DNA of 56,157 nt from NCBI GenBank assembly GCA_022825595.1, contig JAJDWM010000338.1:1-56157 (forward strand). Reading direction: 5' to 3'. Below the pieces are notes generated by a model that was not told where the DNA came from, did no database searches, and saw only the letters and a program-made list of their open reading frames with translations. Positions 55,835-56,157 of this stretch are shown one piece after another; the stretch's first letter is position 1, and every line of letters starts with the position of its first letter. A program made the position numbers and the translations under genes. The stretch is from Bryobacterales bacterium. GTDB taxonomy: Bacteria; Acidobacteriota; Terriglobia; Bryobacterales; UBA6623.

Positions 55835-56157
55835 TCAGTCCGCGTGGCGGCCCAACTCCGCGCTGCGCCGCGCCGCCAGCCCCGTCTCGATGAAGTAGGG
55901 GATCGCGTCCGCGCCAGGCTCCCCGTGCCGGGCCTTCCGCCCGATCCGGCGCATCCAGTCGCGCGCTGTCGACTGCGACTCTGAAAGCGCCGCTGCCGGG
56001 GCTACCCGGCGGCCGCGCCGCATAACGGGCCGCAGCAGGTCTTCCGACGGGCCTCCAAGCGTGACCGGCTCCGCGCCCGCGCCGGCCCAGCGTCCGAGTC
56101 CGGCCCACTGCCCGGCGGGTGGGTGCGTCTCGTCGTACAGCAGGTCGGCGGCGGGCC
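55835..56157 (-). CDS. hypothetical protein, C-terminal part (5' end outside window)
   Basis: The minus-strand frame is open from the window edge to the stop at 55835-55837 (..LLYDETHPPAGQWAGLGRW...DAIPYFIETGLAARRSAELGRHAD). No family recognised. Confidence 0.4.
   Translation of the reverse strand, partial: PAADLLYDETHPPAGQWAGLGRWAGAGAEPVTLGGPSEDLLRPVMRRGRRVAPAAALSESQSTARDWMRRIGRKARHGEPGADAIPYFIETGLAARRSAELGRHAD

Overview
High-GC bacterial chromosomal fragment; the GC bias produces many long antisense shadow ORFs in the supplied track. The gene content suggests an Acidobacteria-like or related Gram-negative environmental lineage, which is inference only. That content includes an ECF sigma/anti-sigma pair driving a CarboxypepD_reg/TonB-type outer-membrane protein, a protein with a Solibacter-type TIGR03437-like C-terminal domain, and CRTAC1/ASPIC FG-GAP proteins. 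It also includes a giant CxxCH protein paired with a DUF1501 protein, a DUF1080 protein, and NHL/Sel1/TPR repeat proteins. Housekeeping genes present are lpxA, fused aroD-aroE, trpE, trpB, a ribulokinase-like FGGY kinase, an NCS2 purine permease, a truncated haemoglobin, and def-fmt-argJ. There is one tRNA with anticodon CAT. Four visibly lower-GC, decayed accessory patches sit between these blocks. (i) 1.9-3.7 kb holds three copies of a 74-nt element embedding a type I-E-style CRISPR repeat, around a HicB-like cassette. (ii) 19.4-23.4 kb holds a ~750-bp direct duplication bracketing a ~2.2-kb insert with a GIY-YIG gene. (iii) 41.1-41.8 kb holds eroded sequence beside the tRNA. (iv) 46.3-50.5 kb holds a truncated group II intron-like RNA, a multiply frameshifted pseudogene, a recombinase remnant and three small orphan ORFs. 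I did not find an intact, recognisable multi-gene defence or mobile system. The most unusual items are: a single in-frame TGA splitting a ~1229-codon FG-GAP/ASPIC-thioredoxin-TPR frame; the orphan CRISPR-repeat-like elements; the duplication-flanked insert; a 1380-aa trypsin-NHL-Sel1 fusion protein; and a Tat-signal-bearing SelA-like PLP enzyme.
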